Source of the DNA: Bacteroidales bacterium
Lineage (GTDB): Bacteria > Bacteroidota > Bacteroidia > Bacteroidales > ML635J-15
Length of the DNA: 64,000 nt
Reading direction: 5' to 3'
Assembly: GCA_963676165.1 (NCBI GenBank)
Contig: OY781043.1
Span: 3,642,023-3,706,022, forward strand
Both the position numbers and the translations under genes were made by a program. Shown piece after piece: positions 55,273 through 64,000 of the stretch. The notes beneath the pieces were generated by a model. That model made no database searches and was not told the DNA's origin. It worked only from the letters and a program-made list of their open reading frames with translations. Position 1 is the first letter of the stretch, and each line of letters begins with the position of its first letter.

Positions 55273-58041
55273 ATGAAAAAATGGAAAGTCATTTTTGTCA
55301 TTGTGTTGCTTGCGGCAATTGCTGCGCTTGCAGGATTAGGTCTGTTTGGGAACAAAGAGGATAGAACAGTCACTGAAAGTATTGGACTAATTCCTGTGGA
55401 TGCAAATATGATTATTGAAATCAGAGATTTCGTTAGTCTTTCTGATCGTTTGAAAGAAGAACCTAACTATTGGACTGATCTCTGTGGTTTTCCGAATGTT
55501 CAAAGTTTAAAGAGAAATATCAATTTGTTGGATTCTATCCGTTTACTGGGCAATGAAACTGGAAAACTGTTAGATTCTCAAACGCTGATTGTATCTATCC
55601 ATGATGCTGGAAAGAATCAACTTGGTGCAATTTTCTTGATTCCAATTCCTGAAAGCATAAAGTCTGAAGCCTTGGTGAAGGATTTGCAGGCAATGTTTGA
55701 AGGGAAAGCAGATATTAAATTGAGAGAATACGATAATCATGATATATATGATTTGAAAATGTTAAAAGGTAAGCGTTATGCTTTTGCTGTTGTTGATAGA
55801 AATTTAATTTGGAGTAGAAATTCTCTTTTGGTAGAGAAGGTTGTGCGCCAGTCGAATACAGATATTAGCTTGATTGATAACGCCGATTTTCAAAACACGT
55901 ATCGTACTGCCGGCGAAAAAGAAGTTGCAAATGTTTACATCAATCTGAATCGTTTGCGTAATCTTTTACTTCCGTTCTTTAATGAATCTATGGTAGATAA
56001 ACATCCGGCATTTAATCAATATGCTTCTTGGATGACTTTGGATTTAAGTTTTAAGGAAAAGACAATCAACTTGAATGGCTTTGTGGCTGTGTCCGATTCT
56101 TCATCCATGTATTTGCAACATCTGATGGATCAGGAAAGCATAAATTCCGGATTTGAAACCATTTTACCGGAAGGAACTGCGCTTTTTTACACGCAAAGCA
56201 TTAGTGATGTCAAGGAGTTTAAGAAAGTGAGAAAGGAGTTTCTTTCAGAAATCAAGTATTTGGATTATTTTGATGAAAATGACATAAAAATTCAACAAAA
56301 AATTCATAGCAATATGGCTGATTTCGTTTACGGTTCAACTGAAGATGAAATCTGTTTCGCAATAAGTAACATCAATCAACTTGATATTTTTCAAAATGCC
56401 TACTTGCTGATATCAACACAATCAAAGAGTAAAACTCAAGAAATGATAGAGGAACTATTGTCCACATATACGACAGAAACGTCTCAAAATATGGACGATT
56501 ATGTTTCTACTATTGATCTAGGAGTAAATCACCAATATCCTCTTTATCGACTACCTGTTGGGAATTGGCCGGGATTGTATTTCGGAAGTTTTTATTCTGC
56601 AGTACAGGCTGATTATTGTATTGTGATTAATAATTACCTTGTGTTTGGCAGAAATAAAGCGAGTTTAACGCGGTTTGTGAATAGTGTGTTATTGAATAAA
56701 ACACTTGAAAAATCACCTGCTTTTCAGGATTTCAAAAAGAATTTATCCCGACAATCTCAGGCGACTTTTTATGTGAATGTTCAAAAAGCAATTCCTTGGA
56801 TTCAGTCCATCTTGAATCAGCAATCAGCACAAAAATTGATGAAGCATGAGGCTATTTTACAGCATTTTCATGAATTTGCAGTACAGCAGGTTGTGAGTGA
56901 GAATATGATTTATCATAACATTGCAATCCAACATCGTGAAATACAGTTTGAAGCTCCTCATACTGTCTGGGAGAGTCGTTTGGATACTTCAGTTCGAATG
57001 AAACCTGTCATTGTTCTGAATCACAATTCAAACGAAAAAGAGATTATGGTTCAAGATGTGAATCATAATCTATACTTGATTAATAAAAACGGCATTGTTC
57101 TGTGGAAAATTCCAATGGATGAGGAGATTGTTGGTGAGATTCATCAAGTTGATGCGTTCAAAAACAGAAAATTACAATACCTGTTTAACACACGCACAAA
57201 AATTTATCTCATAGATAGACTAGGAAACCATGTTGAAAGATTTCCTGTGAGTTTGCGTTCGCCTGCAAGTTGTGGATTGGCATTGTTTGATTACGATCAA
57301 TCACGCGATTACCGAATTTGTGTTCCTACAGAGGACAAACAATTGTATATGTATAACATTGAAGGAAATCTTATTTCTGGATGGGAATTTGAGGGGAGTG
57401 AGCATCCCCTAACTATTCCACCGCAACATATACGTAATAAAAGTAAAGACTATATAGTGTTTCATGATAAGCATCGTATCTATTTGCTTAATCGAAAAGG
57501 TGAAAGCAGAGTGCAACCTAAAAGACAGTTTTCTGCATCTAAACGGAACAAGTTCTGGTTTCAAGTCGGAAGCAATGATAGTAAAGCTGTAATAACAACT
57601 ACTGACAAGCGTGGTGTGGTTTTCCATACATATCTTGATGGTAATGTTGATACCGTTTTCTTTCATCCGTATAGTGAAAATCACTTTTTTATGTATCGTG
57701 ATTTTAATGCAGATAGCAAACCAGAATACATCTTCTTTGACAATAAGCGCATGGAAGTTTATGATGAGAATAAAAAAGAGTTAATGACATACGATTTTGA
57801 AAATAACATTTCAGTTGAGCCGGATTATTACAAGTTTTCCTCCAGTAATCACAAAATTGGTATTGTTGATGAAAATGCGGCCAAAATGTATCTCATTAAT
57901 CCCGATGGAAGCCTACATAAAGGATTTCCTTTAACAGGCTCAAGCCCTTTTAGCATAAGTTATATGGATGATCATTCAGATCATTTTAATCTTTTTGTTG
58001 GAGGCAAAGGGAAATTTTTGTATAATTATGAAGTTAAATAA
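55273..58041 (+). CDS. Hypothetical membrane-anchored protein with C-terminal beta-propeller-like repeats
   Basis: 922 aa. N-terminal signal-anchor (VIFVIVLLAAIAALAGLGLF). The C-terminal ~360 aa has repeated hydrophobic/Gly-Asn strand patterns (LYLINKNGIVLW, IYLIDRLGNHV, LYMYNIEGNLISGW, IYLLNRKGESR, MYLINPDGSLHKGFP). Confidence 0.5.
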   Translation: MKKWKVIFVIVLLAAIAALAGLGLFGNKEDRTVTESIGLIPVDANMIIEIRDFVSLSDRLKEEPNYWTDLCGFPNVQSLKRNINLLDSIRLLGNETGKLLDSQTLIVSIHDAGKNQLGAIFLIPIPESIKSEALVKDLQAMFEGKADIKLREYDNHDIYDLKMLKGKRYAFAVVDRNLIWSRNSLLVEKVVRQSNTDISLIDNADFQNTYRTAGEKEVANVYINLNRLRNLLLPFFNESMVDKHPAFNQYASWMTLDLSFKEKTINLNGFVAVSDSSSMYLQHLMDQESINSGFETILPEGTALFYTQSISDVKEFKKVRKEFLSEIKYLDYFDENDIKIQQKIHSNMADFVYGSTEDEICFAISNINQLDIFQNAYLLISTQSKSKTQEMIEELLSTYTTETSQNMDDYVSTIDLGVNHQYPLYRLPVGNWPGLYFGSFYSAVQADYCIVINNYLVFGRNKASLTRFVNSVLLNKTLEKSPAFQDFKKNLSRQSQATFYVNVQKAIPWIQSILNQQSAQKLMKHEAILQHFHEFAVQQVVSENMIYHNIAIQHREIQFEAPHTVWESRLDTSVRMKPVIVLNHNSNEKEIMVQDVNHNLYLINKNGIVLWKIPMDEEIVGEIHQVDAFKNRKLQYLFNTRTKIYLIDRLGNHVERFPVSLRSPASCGLALFDYDQSRDYRICVPTEDKQLYMYNIEGNLISGWEFEGSEHPLTIPPQHIRNKSKDYIVFHDKHRIYLLNRKGESRVQPKRQFSASKRNKFWFQVGSNDSKAVITTTDKRGVVFHTYLDGNVDTVFFHPYSENHFFMYRDFNADSKPEYIFFDNKRMEVYDENKKELMTYDFENNISVEPDYYKFSSSNHKIGIVDENAAKMYLINPDGSLHKGFPLTGSSPFSISYMDDHSDHFNLFVGGKGKFLYNYEVK

Positions 58042-58051
58042 ACCATTTATT

Positions 58052-59725
58052 ATGAAGAAACTAAGACTATTTGTTTTACCACTAGTGCTTGTTGCCTTTA
58101 TTTTAGGTACCAACTCATGTGTAAAAGACAGTTTCGATTTTGACCGCCTTTCAGGGGATGTTCATTATGAACCAAGTTTAGCAGCTCCAATAGCTTACGG
58201 TAGTTTGTCTATGATTGACGGGTTAAACACATATGATTCAGTTGGAAGAATCCGCAAAAATGATGACGGTTTTCTTTCTCTTTACTATTTTGATTATGCA
58301 GAATCTGATACTGTTTCTGTTTTGATGGATATCGGAGATCAACATGTTGGTTCAGTTACACCGGCTTCAGGTGTGGACTTTACAGGATTTAATAATTCTG
58401 GAGATGTGCTAACAGTGAGTAGTAATGTCGATTTGCATTTCGATTTATTTAATCCTGATGCAGAACTTGATTCAATTTGGTTCGATGCAGGTTTGTTGAA
58501 TATGGTAGCAACTTCTACCTATGAACACGGAATTCAACTGACTATTACATTTCCTACCATCACAAAAAATGGAGTACCTTTTTCTGATGTGCTGAATCTT
58601 TTACCTTATGGTAGCTCAGATGCAAGTTCCAACAACGATATGGATGGTTATGTTGCAGATATGACACAAACTGCATTAGGTTACAATGAGGTACCTGTCG
58701 AATTAGAAATTCGTTTTGTGCATTCTGGAGGGAACAATACAGGAAGCTTGAATTTAGATATTGATCTTTTGGGTCTAGACCATGAAGCGATGTTTGGGTA
58801 TTTTGGACACAATACATTGATCTATGAAAGTGGAAAAATTAAACTTGACTTATTTGATCCCGGAGAAGGTTGGGAGCTTGAAGATTTCTGGTTTGAAGAT
58901 CCAAAATTCAAAGTGTTTTACGCCAATTCCTATGGTATTCCATCAAATTTCTATTTTGATACAGTTTATGCTTATTCTTCCTATTACGATCAGGACTATG
59001 ATATTTTAGATTATGGTGCAGGTTTACCTATGGACTCTGTTTCTCCACATCAAATGTCTTATCCAACAATCTTTGGAACAGAAGTAGAAGATAGTTTGAT
59101 TTTGGATAAGGATAATTCAAATATTCGTGAAGTCATTACTCAACGTCCTGCATGGATTAAATTTATAGCTCATGCACATACTAATCCAGGAGGAGATGCG
59201 GGACACCATAACTTTGTGTGGGATGATAGTAAATTCCGTGCCGATATTGAAGTCGAGTTACCATTATGGGGCTATATTGACCGTTTTCACGGCACTGACA
59301 CCATGGATTTCAATATTGAAGAAGAATTTGAAGATCCAGGCGTTATTGAACGCTTATTGATCAGGTTAACCATTGATAATGGTCTTCCAATCTTTGTGGA
59401 ATCTCAAGCATATTTTCTGAATGAGAATTATGTTGTGATTGATTCCGTAATTCAAAGTGCTGATATCAGATTAATTGAAAGTGCGGAAGTTGATAATGAT
59501 GGTCAAGTGATTAGCAAAACAAATAAAACCATTGATTTGGAAATCACAGGAGAGCGTTTAGAAACTATAATGGAAACAAAATATTTATTGTATAAAGCAT
59601 CAGGATCAACCACCAATGCAATCAATGACGAAGTGATTAAAATTTATCCTGATTATGAGGTGGATTTTAATGTTGCGATTGAAGCAGATCTTGATATAGA
59701 AGTCAATTTAGATACAATTCAATAA
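58052..59725 (+). CDS. Hypothetical lipoprotein
   Basis: I prefer the start MKKLRLFVLPLVLVAFILGTNSC (lipobox) at 58052, 10 nt after the upstream stop. The track ORF 57968.. includes an upstream in-frame extension that overlaps the previous gene. Confidence 0.5.
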   Translation: MKKLRLFVLPLVLVAFILGTNSCVKDSFDFDRLSGDVHYEPSLAAPIAYGSLSMIDGLNTYDSVGRIRKNDDGFLSLYYFDYAESDTVSVLMDIGDQHVGSVTPASGVDFTGFNNSGDVLTVSSNVDLHFDLFNPDAELDSIWFDAGLLNMVATSTYEHGIQLTITFPTITKNGVPFSDVLNLLPYGSSDASSNNDMDGYVADMTQTALGYNEVPVELEIRFVHSGGNNTGSLNLDIDLLGLDHEAMFGYFGHNTLIYESGKIKLDLFDPGEGWELEDFWFEDPKFKVFYANSYGIPSNFYFDTVYAYSSYYDQDYDILDYGAGLPMDSVSPHQMSYPTIFGTEVEDSLILDKDNSNIREVITQRPAWIKFIAHAHTNPGGDAGHHNFVWDDSKFRADIEVELPLWGYIDRFHGTDTMDFNIEEEFEDPGVIERLLIRLTIDNGLPIFVESQAYFLNENYVVIDSVIQSADIRLIESAEVDNDGQVISKTNKTIDLEITGERLETIMETKYLLYKASGSTTNAINDEVIKIYPDYEVDFNVAIEADLDIEVNLDTIQ

Positions 59726-59752
59726 ATGTTTTATCACTAGAAAACTGATGCC

Positions 59753-61189
59753 ATGCAAAATATAATAAGACGAACAATCATTATTGCAATTTTAGGCTTA
59801 CTTGCCATGAGTCTGAAAGCACAACAGGGAAACACTTTCTATTATATGAATAAGGTTTCTCAATCTAGCTATTTGAATCCATCATTCAGTAGTCCTTATG
59901 ATGTGACTATTGGTGGACTTATTGTTCCTGTTGTTGGACAAATTCCACCTCCTGTTTATTTTAATTATGCAAACAATGGATTTCAATTTAGTGATATTAT
60001 CCATGAGGGAACAGGCGTGAAAGCCGACTCTCTGGTTATTGATCCAGAGCTGTTCCTTGCAAATTTAAAAACTGCAAATCATTTGCGTTTTCAAATGTAT
60101 TTTGATTTGTTCCATTTGGGTTTAAAGACATCAAACGGTTCACATTTGAGTTTTAGCATCACAGAACGTATTGATTATGGGTTTACCCTGCCCAAAGATA
60201 TGTTTGAGCTAGCTTGGTACGGAAACAATTATTTCCGTGAAAACAATGAGACAATTGTTTTAACAGATTTAGGTTTTCATATGACTCACTATCGTGAAAT
60301 TGCTGGTGGTTTTAGTACTGAAGTTATGAAGGGGCTTGAAGTTGGTGGTCGTGCAAAATTCTTGTTTGGAAATTCTAATGTTCAAACGAAAATTAATGAG
60401 TTGACACTTTTTACCAACCAAAACGATTATGGTATTACTGCAGTTGCTGATATGTCAATTCAGGCAAATACTCCTGTTGATATTGAATACGATAAAGACT
60501 CTTTAGAGTTTACTATAGATGAGAATCAGTTTGATAACTACAATCCATTAGGTTATTTCTTTAATTTCAAAAACCCCGGATTTGCAATTGATTTGGGAGC
60601 TACTTATGAAATTAATAGTGATTTTTCAGCATATTTTTCTGTGAATGATATTGGTTTCATTAGTTGGAATGAAAATCCACTTAGCCTTAGAACTGATGGC
60701 ACTTTTACTTTCCGCGGAGTTGAAGTTGATTTCTTTGCAGATGAGGAAGAGTTTGATGAAAACATGGAAGAATTTACGGATTCTATATTAAATATTTTTT
60801 CTCCGGATCTTACAGATGGTAGTTATTTAACTTGGTTGCCAACGGATATGTATTTGGGAGGACAATATCATTTTCATAAAATGTTAGATTTTGGTGCACT
60901 TTACAGACTTGAGTTTTATAAAAAGAATGTATTGCAAAGTTTAACACTTTCAGCAAATTCAAATTTGACGCCATGGCTTTCAGCACACCTATCTTATTCC
61001 ATTATGAATAACACTTACAATAATGTTGGTTTTGGTTTAATGATTCGTGGTGCAATGTTGCAATATTACATTGTGAGTGATAATATTATGGCAGCATTTA
61101 AACCAGAAAATGCCAGAAATGTCAACTTTCGGATGGGATGTAACTTAGTATTTGGTTATAAAGAAATCAAATCAGAATCTCTACTGTAA
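59753..61189 (+). CDS. Hypothetical outer-membrane beta-barrel protein (PorP/SprF-like N-terminal signature)
   Basis: Signal peptide ending LKAQQ. The mature start is GNTFYYMNKVSQSSYLNPSF. Alternating strand pattern. C-terminus NFRMGCNLVFGYKE. The family assignment is tentative. Confidence 0.45.
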   Translation: MQNIIRRTIIIAILGLLAMSLKAQQGNTFYYMNKVSQSSYLNPSFSSPYDVTIGGLIVPVVGQIPPPVYFNYANNGFQFSDIIHEGTGVKADSLVIDPELFLANLKTANHLRFQMYFDLFHLGLKTSNGSHLSFSITERIDYGFTLPKDMFELAWYGNNYFRENNETIVLTDLGFHMTHYREIAGGFSTEVMKGLEVGGRAKFLFGNSNVQTKINELTLFTNQNDYGITAVADMSIQANTPVDIEYDKDSLEFTIDENQFDNYNPLGYFFNFKNPGFAIDLGATYEINSDFSAYFSVNDIGFISWNENPLSLRTDGTFTFRGVEVDFFADEEEFDENMEEFTDSILNIFSPDLTDGSYLTWLPTDMYLGGQYHFHKMLDFGALYRLEFYKKNVLQSLTLSANSNLTPWLSAHLSYSIMNNTYNNVGFGLMIRGAMLQYYIVSDNIMAAFKPENARNVNFRMGCNLVFGYKEIKSESLL

Positions 61190-61219
61190 ATCTTTTAAAA
61201 ACATAGATTGCAGTCTTCA

Positions 61220-63238
61220 ATGAAAAAACTGCTTACACGAGGATATTTTTTTACGGCTTGCCTATTATTGGCAAGCCTACCTTTTTCATTTTACATGACA
61301 AGTGTATCGGTTTTTTTACTACTTACCATCTGGTTTGTTTCTCTGTTCTTTCTTCCAATTAAAAAGCGAATAAAACAAAATGCAGAAGTTGGTTGGTTTT
61401 TTCTTATCATCATAATTCATTTCATATGGTTGTTTAATACCAGCAACTTTGATTATGCGTTTGCTGATATCCAAAAGAAGTTACCTCTACTTGCTATACC
61501 TTTGGTTGTGAGTAGTATGCCACCTTTTGATCGGTGGCGGAGAAATTTCCTGTTGCAATTGTTTGTTCTCACTGTTTTCGCTGCAGGAGTTTCTGTTTTG
61601 CTTGCAAAATATGGCGTTTTGGAAACACGTGACACCAACCCTCGTGATTATTCCATATTCATTAGTCATATTCGGCTAAGCTTGATGATAGTATTGTCTA
61701 TTTTTATTAGCGCATATTTTATCGTACTTACACATATACGGCAGAAATACAAGTTGCTACATGCATTTGCAATAATTTTTAATTTTATTACACTCTTCGC
61801 TTTACAAGCATTTACAGGGCTACTTGTTTTCTACATTACGATGCTGCTAGTTGCTCCAATATTAATTCAGAAGCTGGCATCAAAAAAGGTAAGAATATTA
61901 GCTTTTGCCGGACTAGTAGGAGTGTTTATTTGGGTAGTTTCCATTACGGGTTACCACACCATGTCTTTATACAAATCAAAAAATCCTTATCCCAATGATT
62001 ATACATTAAAAACAGCCAAAGGAAATAAATATTACCATCGTGAAAATGCAGTAGAGCTTGAAAACGGTAATAAGGTATATCAATTTGTGAACTTTTATGA
62101 AATTTCTCAAAGTTGGAATGAAGTATCTTCTTTGAATGTTGATAGCCTCGATGCAAAGGGAAATGCTGTGAAATACACCTTAATCCGCTATTTAACAAGT
62201 AAAGGTGAATTTAAGGATGCTGAAGCTGTATATCGTTTAAGCGAGTCAGATATCGCTGCTATAGAAAATGGAATTTGTAACGTTCGTTTTAAGGATGGGG
62301 AGGGAAATGCAGCAAGACTATATTATACAATCTGGCAATTGCATAACTATTTCAATGGAGGAAATCCTTCTGGTCAAAGTTTAACTCAGCGCATTGAATA
62401 CCTAAAAACGGGGTGGAGAATATTTTGTGATGATCCTTTAATGGGAGTAGGAACCGGAGATGTTAATGATAGATTTAAACACCAGTATCGAGTTGATAAT
62501 TCATTATTATTACCAGATTTTCGACATCGTGCACATAACCAATATCTGACATTTTTAATTGCTTTTGGAATTCCTGGTTTTATTTTATTCTTGTTAGCAT
62601 GGGTTATTCCTGCAATGAAAAAGCAAGGATTTAAAAATTATTTTTTTCTGGTTTTCTTTATTATAGCAAGTTTAAGCATGTTGTCAGAGGATAGTTTTGA
62701 AACGTTAACAGGAGCAGCTTTCATAGCTACATTTTATTCATTATTTTTATGGGGTACAAACACTAAGCTTATGTTTCAAGAAAAATTTATGAGACGTGCC
62801 ATTGAGTTGGCAAAAGAAAATATACAATCAGGTAATGGTCCTTTTGGGGCAGTTATTGTCAAAGATGGAAGAGTTGTTGCTGAGGCATCAAATGCTGTTA
62901 CAAAAAACAATGATCCAACTGCTCATGCAGAAGTTAATGCCATCCGAAAAGCTTGCGCAAACTTGGAAACTTTTGATTTGACAGGATGTGAAATCTATTC
63001 TTCATGTGAGCCCTGTCCTATGTGCTTGGGTGCAATTTATTGGGCACAACTCGATAAATTGTATTTTGCAAGCAGTCGTAAAGATGCAGCAGCTGCAGGT
63101 TTTAATGATGAGTTTATTTATGAAGAACTTGCCAAAAACATCCGTGAAAGAAACATCCCAACCCGGCAAATGATGAAAAATGAAGCAGATGTTGTGTTTC
63201 AAACTTGGAATGATTTTGAAAATAAAATCAGATATTAA
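61220..63238 (+). CDS. In-frame fusion: O-antigen-ligase-like (Wzy_C) polytopic membrane protein + CDA-fold nucleoside/guanine deaminase
   Basis: About 510 aa with around 10 or more TM helices and the ligase-type loop block HRAHNQYLTFLIAFGIPGF. There is no intervening stop before MFQEKFMRRAIELAKENIQSGNGPFGAVIV...DPTAHAEVNAIRKAC...SCEPCPMCLGAIYWA (zinc deaminase HAE / PCxxC). The internal ATG is at 62771. Confidence 0.6.
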   Translation: MKKLLTRGYFFTACLLLASLPFSFYMTSVSVFLLLTIWFVSLFFLPIKKRIKQNAEVGWFFLIIIIHFIWLFNTSNFDYAFADIQKKLPLLAIPLVVSSMPPFDRWRRNFLLQLFVLTVFAAGVSVLLAKYGVLETRDTNPRDYSIFISHIRLSLMIVLSIFISAYFIVLTHIRQKYKLLHAFAIIFNFITLFALQAFTGLLVFYITMLLVAPILIQKLASKKVRILAFAGLVGVFIWVVSITGYHTMSLYKSKNPYPNDYTLKTAKGNKYYHRENAVELENGNKVYQFVNFYEISQSWNEVSSLNVDSLDAKGNAVKYTLIRYLTSKGEFKDAEAVYRLSESDIAAIENGICNVRFKDGEGNAARLYYTIWQLHNYFNGGNPSGQSLTQRIEYLKTGWRIFCDDPLMGVGTGDVNDRFKHQYRVDNSLLLPDFRHRAHNQYLTFLIAFGIPGFILFLLAWVIPAMKKQGFKNYFFLVFFIIASLSMLSEDSFETLTGAAFIATFYSLFLWGTNTKLMFQEKFMRRAIELAKENIQSGNGPFGAVIVKDGRVVAEASNAVTKNNDPTAHAEVNAIRKACANLETFDLTGCEIYSSCEPCPMCLGAIYWAQLDKLYFASSRKDAAAAGFNDEFIYEELAKNIRERNIPTRQMMKNEADVVFQTWNDFENKIRY

Positions 63239-63253
63239 GCACTTAACTTTAGG

Positions 63254-63778
63254 ATGCAAAAACTTGAGAAATCATTTTTTTTTAGAGATGTGCTGGAAGT
63301 AGCTCCGGAACTTGTGGGTAAAATTATTCGTATTCAAACAAGCCGTGGTATAGAAAATTACCGTATCACCGAAACAGAAGCTTATCGTGGTGAAGAGGAC
63401 TTAGCTTGCCATGCCAGCAAAGGAAAAACACAACGTACAGCTCCAATGTACGAAGAGGCTGGTATTCTTTACATTTATTTGGTATATGGAATGCACTGGA
63501 TGTTAAATGTTGTTGTTGGTGAAAAGGAGAATCCTCAAGCTGTCTTAATTCGAGGCGTTGAAGAATACAATGGTCCTGGTAAGCTCACAAAGCAAATGGG
63601 AATCAATAAATCATTTAATTATCTTGATATTACCACAAGTGAAAAGTTTCAATTTATTGATGATGGATATGTATGCAAGCTCCAAACAGGAAAACGCATA
63701 GGCATCGATTATGCCGGGGAAATTTATAAAAATAAAGAATGGCGTTTTTTTGATGCTAATCTTTATGATCACAAATAA
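63254..63778 (+). CDS. mpg: DNA-3-methyladenine glycosylase (Mpg/AAG family)
   Basis: 174 aa. LEVAPELVGK, ITETEAYRGEEDLACHASKGKTQRTAPMY and YIYLVYGMHWMLNVV. Confidence 0.8.
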   Translation: MQKLEKSFFFRDVLEVAPELVGKIIRIQTSRGIENYRITETEAYRGEEDLACHASKGKTQRTAPMYEEAGILYIYLVYGMHWMLNVVVGEKENPQAVLIRGVEEYNGPGKLTKQMGINKSFNYLDITTSEKFQFIDDGYVCKLQTGKRIGIDYAGEIYKNKEWRFFDANLYDHK

Positions 63779-64000
63779 CCTGCTCAATACACTGAGGGTA
63801 ATATCTATGTTCCAATTTATGAATCCGATTGGCTAATTGATCTGCAGTATCATTTTCAAAAACGGGACAATGTGCCTGCAAAATGATTCTACCTTCATCA
63901 TAGTTCTCATTCACATAATGTATGCTAATGCCGCTTTCTGTCTCATTATTACTAATGACAGCTTTGTGAACATGGTGCCCGTACATGCCTTTTCCTCCAT
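63756..64000 (-). CDS. purN: Phosphoribosylglycinamide formyltransferase (C-terminal part; gene runs off the right edge)
   Basis: It reads GGKGMYGHHVHKAVISNNETESGISIHYVNENYDEGRIILQAHCPVFENDTADQLANRIHKLEH, the typical PurN C-terminal half. It overlaps the convergent mpg end by 23 nt. Confidence 0.75.
   Translation of the reverse strand, partial: GGKGMYGHHVHKAVISNNETESGISIHYVNENYDEGRIILQAHCPVFENDTADQLANRIHKLEHRYYPQCIEQVICDHKD

Noticed and set aside
57968-58051. Upstream in-frame extensions and alternative starts proposed by the ORF track (57968, 14023, 19371, 42250, 50198, 54363, 8214, 5301, 61208, 32147).
   Set aside because: In each case the track start is either a non-ATG codon (TTG or GTG) or an upstream ATG (14023, 19371, 42250). 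A downstream ATG begins a proper signal peptide, TM segment or conserved N-terminus and removes overlaps with the neighbouring gene.
1-64000. CRISPR arrays, rRNA genes, prophage, restriction-modification, toxin-antitoxin or other recognised defence islands.
   Set aside because: No regularly spaced direct repeats, no cas-like ORFs, no rRNA-like segments, and no integrase, terminase, capsid, methyltransferase-endonuclease or small paired toxin-antitoxin ORFs were recognisable in any frame.

Overview
Low-GC chromosomal segment of Bacteroidota type; hand counts of coding lines give about 37% G+C. The assignment rests on type IX secretion (T9SS) C-terminal sorting domains, a PorV/PorQ-like barrel, an S46 peptidase, TAnnTTTG -7 promoter boxes and a TonB-dependent receptor with lipoprotein partners. 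Most of the window is housekeeping: holB (partial), rnr, rmuC, tRNA-Val, sppA, leuS, rpsT, ribE, nadB, mpg and purN (partial). These genes are interleaved with envelope and secretion genes: C69, S46, C25 and C10 peptidases, a PorV-like/C25 pair, and a receptor with two lipoproteins. I found no CRISPR array, rRNA, restriction-modification system or recognisable phage or defence module. The accessory content is five decayed insertion sequences: one IS4-family remnant sitting in a terminator, three defective copies of one IS630-family element, and one frameshifted copy of a second IS630-family element. Two of the IS630 copies bracket tRNA-Val and a two-gene CDP-glycerol-type glycosylation cassette. 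There is also a 656-bp insert at the 3' end of leuS flanked by 31-bp direct repeats. The items most worth follow-up are: (1) a 0.6-kb ORF-free, GC-enriched, helix-rich region between convergent genes (16470-17083), a candidate large structured RNA that does not match tmRNA, RNase P or SRP signatures by eye; (2) a periplasmic-propeller/adenylate-cyclase/HD-domain single-polypeptide signalling protein; (3) an oversized C25 'sortase-like' protein paired with a PorV-like barrel; (4) a TonB-dependent receptor with two paralogous lipoproteins; (5) an uncharacterised envelope operon ending in an in-frame O-antigen-ligase-like/deaminase fusion; (6) several GC-rich or palindromic intergenic repeat families. 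No homology search was run, so every functional call rests on motifs read from the translations.
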